Origin: Mustelus asterias
Lineage: Eukaryota
Assembly (NCBI RefSeq): GCF_964213995.1
Contig: NW_027590187.1
Span: 434,001-498,000 of the forward strand
DNA length: 64,000 nucleotides
Direction: 5' to 3'
Position 1 is the stretch's first letter. Each line of letters starts with the position of its first letter. A model generated the notes under the pieces. That model worked only from the letters and a program-made list of their open reading frames with translations. It was not told the origin of the DNA and made no database searches. This document shows positions 1 through 16,566 of the stretch, piece by piece. Made by a program: the position numbers and the translations under genes.

Positions 1-3555
<3,555 letters not shown>

Positions 3556-4409
3556 TTGTGGGAAAGGAGCGAATTCAAATCAATGTCGCCCTTAGTCAGA
3601 GATTTCAAATCCCTTCTATTGATTTGCTTTTATTCAGCTCTTCCTGTCACCAATCGCAGGCGCGGCTTTAACATTTTCTTTCAATGTGCTTCATTCTCCT
3701 ATCGCTTTCTAACTGTTCCGGGCGGGAATCAATCCCTGTTCACAGCATTCCCAGAAGGAAAACACTCCGTTTCGTCTTCAATCAGAACCCACTCTCCTTC
3801 ACAGGAAACAGGGAGCCGGATCGAGTCCGCACACTGTCCTTATTCCGCTCTGTAATAATCCCACTCCGGAATGTTACCCTGCGGAGAATTACTGTGAATA
3901 AAATGATGAATCAATGAACATTTCAGGAATTGAGAGAAGGGACCGTTACCGTGAAAAACAGCCGCGAATGGGGTCATTTTGGAGCTGTGAAAACAACAGA
4001 ATAATAACAGTTTTCAGCACAAAGCGAAGGCAGTGAGTGAATTCTGGGTCAGTATTTGGTTTACAGGGCAGGAGACACAAACAGCAGTCGAAGTTATTCC
4101 ATTTTACATTCTAACCTTCGAATAGGAAGGTGCCGGATACAGCTTTTCACAGAGACTGACGATTAGATTTCCTCACCCAAATGTTATTGGAATGATGACC
4201 AAATAGGATTCGGGAAAGATTTTTCCCTCCATCCCTTCCATTCTCTGGATTTACACCGGCTGAAAGAACAACGAGAAAAGTTCATAGTGACAGAAACAGA
4301 TTATCCTTGGGAACACATTTAGTTTGAAACGTCCTTGTGATGTAATCGAGCAGAGTGGTTATGTTTGTGGCGAGATGCAGGAAACTGCAGACGAACAGAG
4401 GGCCGTGTT

Positions 4410-4775
4410 TTTTAAAAATTCATTTGTGGGACATGGGCATCGCTGACTGGCCAGCATTTAATGCACATCCTGAGTTGCCCTTGTTCAGAGGACAGTTGAG
4501 AGTCAACCACAGTGCTGTGGCTCTGGAGTCACATGACGGCCGTACCGGGTCAGGACGGCAGATTTCCTCCCTAAAGGAAGTGAACCAGATAGGATTTTCT
4601 GACAATCGACAATAGCTTCACGGTCATCAGTAGATTTTTAATTCCAGATATTTTTTTATCAAATTTAAATTCCATAAACTGCCGTGGCAGGATTTGAACC
4701 CGGGTCCCCAGAACATTAGCTGAGTTTCTGGATTAATTGCATAGTGATAATACCACTCGGCCATCACCTCCCCCA
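4410..4775 (-). mobile_element. tRNA-derived SINE, probably SacSINE1/DeuSINE type (related copies ~13590-13895 +, ~43940-44480 +, ~52860-53190 -)
   Basis: Head GGGGAGGTGATGGCCGAGTGGT...GGGTTCAAATCC (A/B boxes) and a shared body (AAATCTGGAATTAA, ACATGTGACTCCAGA..CACAGCAATGTGGTTGACTCT). The family name is recalled, not searched. Confidence 0.65.
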
Positions 4776-5080
4776 GTGTACAGATATCATTAACTGGAAG
4801 GTGAAGTAATAAAGCTAATAGTCTATGAAGGATTGGAATTTGTGTTACAGTTGGAGAAAACTCTGTTCAGACCCCATTTCGATCACTGTGTTCATCCCAG
4901 GAAGATTAGATTGGCCTTGGAGTGGGAGCAGCAGAATTTCACCAGTGATGCCAGACTCAAATGATGAGGACAGATTGCAAAGACTAGTCCTGTAATAACC
5001 TGAACATGGAAGATTAAGTGGTGATGTGAGTGAGATGTTTACAGTGAATGATTTGATAGGGTGCAGAGAGATAAACTGTT

Positions 5081-8000
5081 AGAATGAAAACAGATGGGTG
5101 ACGGTGAGAGGGGCTGGGAGAAAGCAGTCCGTGCAGGGATCCCCGGTGGTCGTACCCCTTAGCAACAAGTATTCCACTTTGGATACGGTTGAGGGGGATG
5201 ACATACCAGTGGTGAGCCGCAGTGAGAGGATCTCCAGCACTGTGTCCGTCTCTGTGGCTCGGGAGGGTAAGGGGCAGAGCGGGAGGGCTATAGTAATTGG
5301 GGACTCGTTAGTTCGAGGGATAGATAGGAGGTTCTGTGGCAGCAAAAGACACTCACGGATGGTATGTTGCCAACCGGATGCCAAGGTCCGTGACGTCACA
5401 GACCGTGTTTTCCGGATTCTGAAGGGGGAGGGGAAACAGTCACAAGTACCATTGGTACCAATGACATAGGTAAGAGAAGGGACAGGGATTTAAAGCAGGA
5501 ATTTCTGGAGCTGGGCTGGAAGCTGAGAGCCAAGACAAAACATGTGGTCATCTCTGGTACATTGCCGGTGCCACGTGATAGCGAGTTGAGGAACAGGGAG
5601 AGAGTGCAGTTAAACATGTGTTTGCAGGGATGGTGTAGGAGGGAGGGTTTCAGATACGTGGATAATTGGAACACATTCTGGGGAAGGTGGGACCTGTACA
5701 AACAGGACAGGGTGCACCTGAACCAGAGGGGCACCAATATCCTGGGAGGGAAATTTGTTACGGCTCTTCAGGGGGGTTTAAACTAATTTGTCAGGGGAGT
5801 GGGAAAAGGAGTTGTAGTCCAGAAGTCAGTGAGGGTGGTGAGGTATTGGGGAAGGTATCAGGGTCAAGGGTGGGTACCGGTAGACAGGAAGGTGGGTTGA
5901 AGTGTGTCTACTTCAATGCAAGGAGCATCCGGAACAAGGTAGATGAACTTGGGGCGTGGATTGGTACTTGGGACTACGATGTTGTGGCCATTACGGAGAC
6001 GTGGGTAGAACAAGGACAGGAATGGTTGCTGGATGTTCCGGGGTATAGATGTTTCACTAAGTGTAGGGAAGCTGGTAAAAGAGGTGGAGGAGTGGCATTG
6101 TTAATCAAGGATAGTTTAACGGCTGCGGAAAGGCACTTCGAGGGGGATCTGTTCACTGAGGTAATATGGGCTGAGGGTAGAAATAGGAAAGGAGCGGTCA
6201 CGTTGTTAGGAGTTTACTATAGGCCCCCAAATAGTAATAGAGATGTGGAGGAAGAAATTGCTAAGCAGATTATGCATATGTGTGGGGGTCACAGGGTAGT
6301 TGTCATGGGGGACTTTAACTTTCCAAATATTGATTGGAACCTTTGTAGGTCAAATAGTTCGGATGGGGCAGTTTTTGTGCAGTGTGTACAGGAGGGTTTC
6401 CTGACACAATATGTGGATAGGACGACAAGAGGTGAGGCCACATTGGATTTGGTACTGGGAAATGAACCGGGCCAAGTGTTAGATTTGGTTGTGGGAGAGC
6501 ACTTTGGAGATAGTGACCACAATTCGGTGTCTTTTGTTTTTGCAATGGCGAGGGATAGGGCCGTACGGCAGGGCAAGTTTTACAATTGGGGGAGAGGTAA
6601 TTATGATGCGATTAGGCAAGAATTAGGGGGCATAAGCTGGGAACAGAAACTGTCAGGGAAAGGAACTAATGAAAAGTGGAACTTTTTCAAGGAACAAATA
6701 CTGGATGTCCTTGATAGGTATGTCCCTGTCAGGCAGGGAGGAAATGGCCGAGTGAGGGAACCATGGTTCACGAAAGAGGTGGAATGTCTTGTGAAAAGGA
6801 AGAGGGAAGCTTATGTAGGGATGAGGAAACAAGGTTCAGATGGCTCGATTAAGGGTTACAAGTTAGCAAGGAATGAGCTGAAAAAGGGGCTTAGGAGAGC
6901 TAGGAGGGGACACAAGAAGTCGTTGGCGGGTTGGATCAAGGAAAACCCCAAGACTTTTTACTCTTATGTGAGGAATATAAGAATGACCAGGGTGAGGTTA
7001 TGGCCGGTCAAGGACAGTAGTGGGCACTTGTGTATGGAGTCAGTAGAGATAGGCGAGGTGAGGAATGAATACATTTCTTCAGTGTTCACCAAGGAGAGGG
7101 GACATGTTTTTGAGGAAGAGAAGGCGTTACAGGCTAATATCACAAATTTGATAGAATTTTTTGAGGAGGTAACTAAGTGTGTTGATGAAGGTAGGGCAGT
7201 TGATGTCATATACATGGATTTTAGTAAGGCGTTTGATAAGGTCCCCCATGGTCGGCTTATGATGAAAGTGAGGAGGTGTGGGATAGAGGGAAAATTGGCC
7301 GATTGGATAGGTAACTGGCTGTCTGATCGAAGACAGAGGGTGGTGGTCGATGGAAAATTTTCGGATTGGAGGCAGGTTGCTAGCGGAGTGCCGCAGGGAT
7401 CAGTGCTTGGTCCACTGCTCTTTGTGATTTTTATTAATGACTTAGAGGAGGGGGCTGAAGGGTGGATCAGTAAATTTGCTGATGACACCAAGCTGGGTGG
7501 AGTAGTGGATGAGGTGGAGGGGTGTTGTAGGCTGCAAAGAGACATAGATAGGATGCAAAGCTGGGCTGAAAAATGGCAAATGGAGTTTAAACCATAGAAA
7601 CCCTACAGTGCAGAAGGAGGCCATTCGGCCCATCGAGTCTGCACCGACCACAATCCCACCCAGGCCCTACCCCCACATATTTACCCGCTAATCCCTCTAA
7701 CCTACGCATCCCAGGACTCTAAGGGGCAATTTTTTACCTGGCCAATCAACCAAACCCGCACATCTTTGGACTGATAAATGTGAGGTGATTCATTTCGGTA
7801 GGACTAATTTAAATGTGGATTACAGAGTCAAAGGTAGGGTTCTGAAGACTGTAGAGGAACAGAGAGATCTTGGGGTTCATATCCACAGATCTCTAAAGGT
7901 TGCCACTCAAGTGGATAGAGCTGTGAAGAAGGCCTATAGTGTGTTAGCTTTTATTAACAGGGGGTTGGAGTTTAAGAGCCGTGGGGTTATGCTGCAACTG

Positions 8001-8550
8001 TACAGGACCTTGGTGAGACCACATTTGGAGTATTGTGTGCAGTTCTGGTCACCTCACTATAAGAAGGATGTGGAAGCGCTGGAAAGAGTGCAGAGGAGAT
8101 TTACCAGGATGCTGCCTGGTTTGGAGGGTAGGTCTTATGAGGAAAGGTTGTGGGAGCTCGGGCTGTTCTCTCTGGAGCGGAGGAGGCTGAGTGGAGACTT
8201 AATAGAGGTTTATAAAATGATGAAGGGGATAGATAGAGTGAACGTTCAAAGACTATTTCCTCGGGTGGATGGAGCTATTACAATGGGGCATAACTATAGG
8301 GTTCGTGGTGGGAGATACAGGAAGGATATCAGAGGTAGGTTCTTTACGCAGAGAGTGGTTGGGGTGTGGAATGGACTGCCTGCAGTGATAGTGGAGTCAG
8401 ACACTTTAGGAACATTTAAGCGGTTATTGGATAGGCACATGGAGCACACCAGGATGATGGGGAGTGGGATAGCTTGATCTTGGTTTCAGATAAAGCTCGG
8501 CACAACATCGTGGGCTGAAGGGTCTGTTCTGTGCTGTACTGTTCTATGTT
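5081..8550 (+). mobile_element. CR1 LINE with frameshifted esterase ORF1, ORF2 with an internal deletion, and an intact 3' end
   Basis: IVIGDSLVR esterase; endonuclease motifs [22 protein letters not shown]; RT motifs GVPQGSVLG and FADD; C-terminal ORF 7785..8477; GTTCTAT tail. Confidence 0.95.
7593..7773 (-). mobile_element. 3' fragment of an HE1-like V-SINE inserted in the CR1 RT
   Basis: Interrupts TTTAA(CC)CTGATAAATG, which is uninterrupted at ~22665-22681. Confidence 0.9.
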
Positions 8551-8721
8551 AGCTCTAAATGGGGGAACCTCACCATAAAATGAGAGTGAGACATTTCAGG
8601 GATAATTTAGACCATAAGATATAAGAATATGGCCACTCGGCCGCTTGAGTCTGCTCTGCCAATGAAGCATAGCTGATATTTTTCTCATCCCCACTGTTCT
8701 GCCTTTTGCACACGAAGCGGC

Positions 8722-8916
8722 AATTTTAGCATGGCCAATCAGCCTAACCTGCACATCATTGGACTGTGGGAGGAAACCGGAGCACCCAGAGGAAACCCAT
8801 GCAGACACGAGGAGAATGTGCAAACTCCACACAGACAGTGACCCAAGCCAGGAATCGAACCAGGTCCCTGGAGCTGTGAAGCAGCAGTGCTAACCACTGT
8901 GCTACCGTGCCGCCCC
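8722..8916 (-). mobile_element. HE1-like V-SINE, 5' half
   Basis: GGGCGGCACGGTAGCACAGTGGTTAGC head with A/B boxes, followed by the conserved V-domain. Confidence 0.88.
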
Positions 8917-9279
8917 AATGCCCTACAATTCCAATTTATACCAATCTTACCCATGTAACTGTCTAAATGCTTTTTAAAAGACAAAATTATACCCACCTCT
9001 ACGACTGCCTCTGGCAGCTCGTTCCAGACACTCACAACTCTGTGTGTGAAAACCCTCTGGTTCTGGGTTCCTAGTCCATGAATCAGAAAAGGCTAATATA
9101 GATGTGCAGCAAATAATTAGGAATGCAAATAGAATGTTATTGCTTAATGTGAGGAATTGTCGGGAATTGATGCTTCACTTGAACAAGACGAGGTAAGACC
9201 ACATCTGGAGGGTTGTATACAGTATTGGTCCCCTTATCGAAAGAAAGATGTAAACACGTTAGAAGCAGTGTAAGTGTGC

Positions 9280-12100
9280 AATGAATACTCTCTCAATCTA
9301 TCAGCGTGTGTGCGTGAAGAATCAACTCTCTCAATCTATTACTGTATGGGTGTGGAATTAACTCTCAATCTATTAGTATGAGAGTGTGGAATTAACTCTC
9401 TTTCAATCTATTACTGTGTCTCAGTGTGTAATTAACTCTATCTTAATCTAGTGCTGTGTTTGGGTGGAATTAACCTTCTAACAATCTATTACTGTCTGTG
9501 TGTGTGGAATTAAAACTCTCTCAATCTAACAGTGTGTGTGGGTGTGGAATTAACTTTCTCTCAATCAGTTGCTGTGTGTCGGTGTGGAATTAACTTTATC
9601 TTAATCTATTACTGTGAGAGAGTGTGCAAGTAACACTGACAATCTATTAGTGTGTGGTTAACTCTCTCTCTCTCAGTCTATTACTGTGAGAGAGTGTGGA
9701 ATTAACTCTCCCTCTCAATCTATTACTGTGTGAGAGTGTGTTGAATTATCTAGCTGACAATATATTACTGTGTGTGTGTGTATGTGGAACTAACTCTCTC
9801 TCAATCTATTACTGTGTGAGAGTGTGTGGAATTAACGAGCTGACAATATATTACTGTGTGAGTGTGTGTGTGTGTATGTGTGTGTGTGGAACTAACTCTC
9901 AATCTATTACTGTGTGAGTGTGTGTGTGGTGTGTGTGGAACTAACTCTCTCTCAATCTATTACTGTGTGTGTGTGTGGAGTTGACTCTCTCAATCCATTA
10001 GTGTGTGAGAGCGGCAATTATAATTGTCTCAATCTACTACTGTGTGTCAGTGTGGCAGAAACTCTCTCTCAATCTATTACTATGTGAGAGTGTGGCAGTA
10101 ACTCTCTGACAATCTATTACTATGTGAGAGTGCAGAATTATCACTCTCTCAATCTGTTACTGTGTGTAGAATTAATTCTCTCTCAATCTATTAAGGTGTG
10201 TGTGTGTGTAATTAACCCTCTGTCAGTCTATTACTGTGTCTGAGTGTCGAATTAACTCTCTCAATATATTAGTGTGTGTGTAGAATTAACTCTCTCACTC
10301 TATTACTGTGTGTGAGTGTGGAAATGACTCTCTTCTAATACTTTACCGATTACTGTGCAGAATTAACTCTCTCAATCTATTATTGTATGTGAGTGTGGAA
10401 TTAACTCTATCCTATTACTGTGTGTGCATGTGTGTGGAATTAACTCTCTCTCAATCTATTCCTCTGTGTGATTGTGGAAGTAGCTCTCTCAATCTATTGC
10501 TGTGTGTGAAATCATAGAAATCATAGAAACCCTACAGTGCAGAAGGAGGCCATTCGGCCCATCGAGTCTGCACCGACCACAATCCCACCCAGGCCCTACC
10601 CCCACATATTTTACCTGCTAATCCCTCTAACCTACACATCTCTGGACTCTAAGGGGCAATTTTTAACCTGGCCAATCAACCTAACTTGCACATCTTTGGA
10701 CTGTGGGAGGAAACCGGAGCACCCGGAGGAAACCCACGCAGACACGAGGAGAATGTGCAAACTCCACACAGACAGTGACCCGAGCTGGGAATCGAACCTG
10801 GGACCCTGGAGCTGTGAAGCAGCAGTGCTAACCACTGTGCTACCATTGAATTAACTCTCTCGCAATCTATCACTGTGTGATTTTGGAATTAACTCTCTCT
10901 CAATCTATTGCTCTGTCAGTGTGGAATTAACTCTCTCACAATCTATTACTGAGTGTGAGTGTGGAATTAACTATCTCTCAATCTATTACTGAGTGCAAAT
11001 GTGCAAATAATACTCTCTCAATCTATTACTGTGTGAGAGGGTGGAATTAACTCACATCTATTATGAGGTGCGAGTGTGGAATTAACTCCCTCTCAATCTA
11101 TTCCTGAGAGTGTCTGGAATTAACTCTCTCTCAATCGATTACTGAGTGTGAGTGTGGAATTAATTCTCTCTCAATCTATTACTGTGTGAGAGGGTGGAAT
11201 TAACTCTCTCTCAATCTATTACTGAGTGCGAGTGTGCAAATAATACTCTCTCAATCTATTACTGTGTGAGAGGGTGGAATTAACTCCCATCTATTACTAT
11301 GCATGAGTGTGGAATTAACTCCCTCTCAATCTATTCCTCAGAGTGTGTGGAATTAACTCTCTCTCAATCGATTACTGAGTGTGAGTGTGGAATTAATTCT
11401 CTCTCAATCTATTACTGTGTGAGAGGGTGGAATTAACTCCCATCTATTACTATGCATGAGTGTGGAATTAACTCCCTCTCAATCTATTCCTGAGAGTGTG
11501 TGGAATTAACTCTCTCTCAATCTATTACTATGTGATAGTGTGGAATTAACCGTCTCAATCTGTTAGTGTGTGTGTCTGGAATTAACACCCTCTGAATTGA
11601 ATTGTGAGAGAGTGTGGAATTATCTCTCTCAATCTATTACTGTGTGCGAGTGTGCAATGAATAATCTCTCAATCTATCACTGTGTGAATGTGTAATTAAC
11701 TCTCTCTCAAACTATTACTGTGTTTCAGTGTGGAATTAACTCTCAATCTATTACTGTGTGTCAGTGTGGAATTGACTCTCTCTCAATCTATTGCACTGCG
11801 TGCGAGCGTGGAATTTACTGTCTCTCATTGTATTGTTGTGTGTGAGGATAGAAGAACTCTCTCTCAATCTATTACTGTGTGAGAGTGTGGATGTAACTCT
11901 CTCTCAATATGTTACAGTGTGAGAGTGTGAAATTGACACTCTCTCAACCAATTACTGTGTATGTGTAATTAACTCCCTCTCAAACTATTACTGAGTGTGA
12001 ATGTGGAATTAACTCTCTCTCAATCTGTTACTGTGTGATAGTGGAAATAACTCCCTAGCTATCTATTAATAATGTATGCAATTAACTGTCAGTCTCTGTT
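9280..12100. repeat. Minisatellite array, ~36-42 bp unit GTGTGGAATTAACTCTCTCTCAATCTATTACTGTGTGA
   Basis: Dozens of tandem copies with variable TG and TC tracts; the most homogeneous part is ~10850-11560. Confidence 0.95.
10512..10845 (-). mobile_element. Near full-length HE1-like V-SINE inside the minisatellite
   Basis: (TTTCTATGA)n tail, V-domain and tRNA-like head. Confidence 0.9.
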
Positions 12101-12109
12101 ACTGTATGG

Positions 12110-13030
12110 AAGTGGGTCACTGTCAGCTTAGCAAACTGCTGCTAGTAGAGAGCTACAGGGATCAGTGCTGGGTTCTCAGCTATTTACAATCTACACTAAT
12201 GACCCAGATGAAGGGACAGATCAACACCAGATTTTCAGGCAATATATAGGTAAGTGGGAAAGCAGGTTGTGAGGAGGCCACAAAAAGTCTGCAAGGGGAT
12301 ATAGAGAGGTTAAGTGAGTGGACACAAATCGGGCAGGTAGGATCCAATGTAGGAAAGAGTGAGGCTTTCCACTTCAGTGGGAAGAATTGGAAGGCAGAAC
12401 ATTATTTAATTAGAGGAAGAGACAGCAGAATGTTACAGTACAGAGGATCTAACTGTAATTATAAGTACATATGTGGAGTATAAAAGTAGGGAAATGTTGC
12501 TGCAAATACATGGCATTGCTGAGTCTACACGTTTATATGCTTTCTCTGATTTAAAGAGGGAAACACTTGTATTGTAGGCAATGAAGATTCACTTGGTTGA
12601 TTGCTAAGATGAAGGAGTCATCTTATGAGGAAAGTTTAATCAAGTTAAGCTAATATCATAGAAGTTGAGAAGAATGAGAGATGATCATATTGAAGAATCT
12701 GAGGAGACTGGACAGGGTAGATGTTGAGAGGAATGTTTCCATTTATGGGCAAAATTGGAACTACAGGACACAGTTTAAAAATAAAGTATGCCCCACTTAA
12801 GATGGAGATGAGAAGGAATTTCTCCTCTCAAAGTGTCCTTAATTTTTGGCATTGATTAGATTCCATCCTAATTTAGGAAGAATTTTGATCTACGAGAGAG
12901 ACAAGGGTTATAGGGCAGGCAATAAAATGGAGTTGAGGCCATAATCACATCAACCATGATCTTACTGAATGGTGGGGCAACCCGAAAGAACAAATTGCCT
13001 TCTGCTACTCCTGCTTCATATGTTCTGATT
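12110..13030 (+). mobile_element. Old degenerate CR1 3' fragment
   Basis: QGSVLG-like CAGGGATCAGTGCTGGG and CR1 3'-UTR motifs, with many stops. Confidence 0.7.
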
Positions 13031-15118
13031 TGATGTCAATGTGGAACTAACTCTCTTAGTCTCTGTTTCAGTATTTCAGTGTGGAATTAACTTACGTTTG
13101 ACACTGCATATGAGTGCAGAACTGATTCCCTTTCCATTACTAATTTTATATGAGTGTGCAATGTCTCTGTCAGTCTCTGTTACTGTACAGGACACCTTGA
13201 TGAGAAATGTTTGGGCCCGACTGGTCTCAAATGTACTCAGGGTTAAACCCATCAGCTTTTCCTCCATCAACACTCCAGTTCAAAGCCAGCCAACAAGAAC
13301 ATACCTTCACAGAAAGTGAGACACCAATTTTCACAACCAATATCCACCCTGGTTCAAATGGATTCTTCGTCCATTTCTGGCCTCATTTCTCTGAGCAACA
13401 GCTACAATAATTCACTGGTAAAATCATGTGGCCACTGGAATTTTGAAACAAGGTGAAAATTCTGGAATACACAACAGGTCAGGTAGCATCTGCAAAGAGA
13501 GAAACAGAGTTGATGTTTCAGCTCACTGACAATCAGCATGAGATAAAACACTTCCTAATATCCACTCATGGCGGCCGCAGTTCGCACATGGGGAGGTAAT
13601 GGTGTAGTGCTATTGTCACTGGACTAGTGATCCAGTGTAATGCAATGGGAGCAAATTTTACCACAGCAGAGAGTGCAATTTGAACTAAAAAAAAATCTGG
13701 AATTAAGGTCTAATGATGACCACGTCATGACAACCGACTTCATTTACTGATGCTCCTTTAGGCAAGCAAATCTGCCCAAATTTACTGTTCTGGCCTACAT
13801 GTGACTCCAGACACACAGCAATGTGGTTGACTCTTAAGTGCCCTCTGAAATGGCCTAACAAGCCAGTGATGCCCACATCACATGAATTAATAAAAACAAT
13901 GCTCTGTGCCCCGGAAGTGCTCTATCCAGGACACTGACTTGCCCAGGCACAGCCACAGGGCAATCTGTGCTGGAACATTCCCCAGTGCCACTTGTAAAGT
14001 TTATTTATTTGTGTCACAAGTAGGGCTTACATTAACACTGCAATGAAGTTACACTGACAACTCTCTAGTCACTGCACTCTGGCGCCTGTTTGGGTACACT
14101 GAGAGAGCATTTAGCATGACCAATGACCAGAGGAAACCTATGCAGACATGGGGAGATTGTGTAGACTTCGCATCGACAGTGACCTAAGCCAGGAATCGAA
14201 CCCGGGTCCCTGGCGCAGTGAGGCAGCAGTGCTAACCACTGTACCACTCCCATTCCACCAAGCTGCCCGTGTCTTATTGAAGTTTCCCACTTTCCTCCTC
14301 ACAGTTGCCAATGCCTCCAAGATTGGTGGCGTATGGAAATGTTGAGCTTGAGTCCTGTACACCAAGGTGTGTGTCATTAATATATATCAGGAAGAGCAGA
14401 GCTCCTAAAACCGAGCCCTGGGGAACTCCACTAGAAACCTTCCTCCAGTCTGAAACACAACCATGAACCACTACTCTCTGTTTCCTCTCACTCACACTGT
14501 TCCATATGGGGCGGTGAAGATGGCCTCAGCACCCTAGCTATGACTGTAACACTGCATTCTGCACTCTCTCCTATCCTTCTCTGTGAATGGTATGCTTTGT
14601 CTGTATAGCACGCAAGAAACAATACTTTTCACTATTTACTAATACATGTGACGATAATAAATCAAATCATACCTCAATCTGAGAATGTATTTCAGATTTG
14701 GATTTGTATCAAATGTATTTGTGAATATTCACTGTGGCCATTAGTACAGTCAATTCAAAACCCCTGATTTGCGTGATGTATTTAAGTCGAATCTCAGAGT
14801 TCATTATTAATGTTCATTGTGTAACTTTTAATTAGATTCCATGTGTCAGTTTTATCATATATTTAATTTGGAGCTAAGGCTGCTCTATTGTGGGATTGAC
14901 ACTGTGATGATCTGATGGCAGGAGTCAATTTGGACTTGGATTTATGGATCCCACTATCAATGGTACTGGGTTTGATTTGATTTATTATTGTCACACGCAT
15001 TGGTATACAGTGAAAAGTATTGTTTTCTTGCGTGCTATACAGACAAAGCAGACAGTTCATACAGCACATAGAGCAGAAGAAAAGGAGAGGGTGCAGAATG
15101 TAGTGTTAAAAGTCCATT

Positions 15119-15201
15119 TAATTGGAGTGCGGTTCAAATGCACACGGACAGAAGTCCATTGGATCTTAAGTCCAACCGCTTAACCACTCGGCCATCCTGG
15201 T
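15119..15201 (-). pseudogene. tRNA-Leu(TAA) pseudogene
   Basis: ACCAGGATGGCCGAGTGGTTAAG..TTGGACTTAAGATCCAATGGAC matches vertebrate Leu-TAA; T-arm and 3' acceptor strand are decayed. Confidence 0.85.
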
Positions 15202-15326
15202 AGGATATTTAGAGTCACATGGACAAAAATGTCTGTCTCTCCTGCTCTGTTTGATTGATGGATTGAAAATGTGTCTGCAACTATTTCTGCTCTCTGAGAC
15301 CGTTGAACTAATAAGATGTCTGTGTG

Positions 15327-16566
15327 TCTGGAATTGGTTGCATTCTTGGACATACGCATCTCCATCAAGGACGGTCACCTCAGCACTTCACTGTACCGCA
15401 AGCACATGGATAACCTCATGATGCTCCACTTCTCCAGCTTCCATCCTATACACGTTAAAGAAGCCGTCCTCTGTGGACAAGCCCTCTGTATACACAGGAT
15501 CTGCTCAGATGAGGAGTATTGCAACAGACACCTACAGACGCTGACAGATGCCCTCATAACAACAGGATATGGTGCTCGACTCATTGACCGACAGTTCCGA
15601 TGTGCCACAGAAGACAAACACAGGACATGATAGACAGAGTACCCTTCATTGTCCAATATTTCCCCAGAGCGGAGAAGCTACGACATCTTCTCCGGAGCCT
15701 TCAACATGTCAAGAATGAAGACGAACATCTCGCCAAGGCCATCCCCACACCCTCACTTCTCGCCTTCAAACAATCGCATAACCTCAAACAGACCATTGTC
15801 TGCAGCAAATTACCCAGCATTCAGGAGAACATTGACCACGACACCACACAACCCTGCCACAGCAACCTCGGTAAATGTGCCGGATCATTGACACTGATGC
15901 CACCATCTCACATGAGAACACCATCCACCACGTACACGGTACATATTCTTGCGAGTTGGCCAATGTTGTCTACCTGACACGCTGCAGGAAAGGATGTCCC
16001 AAGGCATGGCACATTGGAGAGACTATGCAGACACGATGACAACGGATGAATGAACACCGCTCAACAATCGCCAGGCAGGAGTGCTTCCTTCCTGTCGGGG
16101 TACACTTCAGCAGTCATGGGCATTCAACCTCTGATCTTCGAGTAAGCGTTCTCCAAGGTGGCCTTCACGACACATGACAACGCAGAATCACTGAACAGAA
16201 ACTGATAGCCAAGTTCCGCACACATGAGGACGGCCTCAACCGGGACCTTGGGATCATGTCACACTATCTGTAACCCCCACAACTTGTCTGGGCAAAATAT
16301 CAATAACTGTCCTGGCTGGAGACAATACACACCTCTTTAACCAGTGCTTGGCCCTCTCTCCACTTACACTGTCTGTAATTTTAAGACTTGATTACCTGTA
16401 AAGACTCGCATTCTTACCATTATCTTGTAAATTGAGTTTGTGCCTGTATGCGCCCTGTTTGTGAACACAGCTTCTCACTCACCTGAAGGAGCCTGAGACT
16501 CCAAAAGCTTGTGCTGCCAAATAAACCTGTTGGACTTTAACCTGGTGTTGTGAGACTTCTTACTGT
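15327..16566 (+). mobile_element. Penelope-like element: RT C-terminus, GIY-YIG endonuclease and pLTR; degenerate
   Basis: FLDIRI...LYRK, NVVYL.RC..GC...W.IGET, KFRTHEDGLNRD; pLTR end AATAAACCTGTTGGACTTTAACCTGGTGTTG. Confidence 0.9.

Noticed and set aside
9280-12100. Regular ~40-bp repeats resembling a CRISPR array
   Set aside because: No unique spacers, no cas genes, and a vertebrate context; it is a minisatellite.
16476-16515. Hammerhead in the pLTR of the 15327-16566 element
   Set aside because: The core has a deletion and GAAA is changed to AAAA; not called as a ribozyme.
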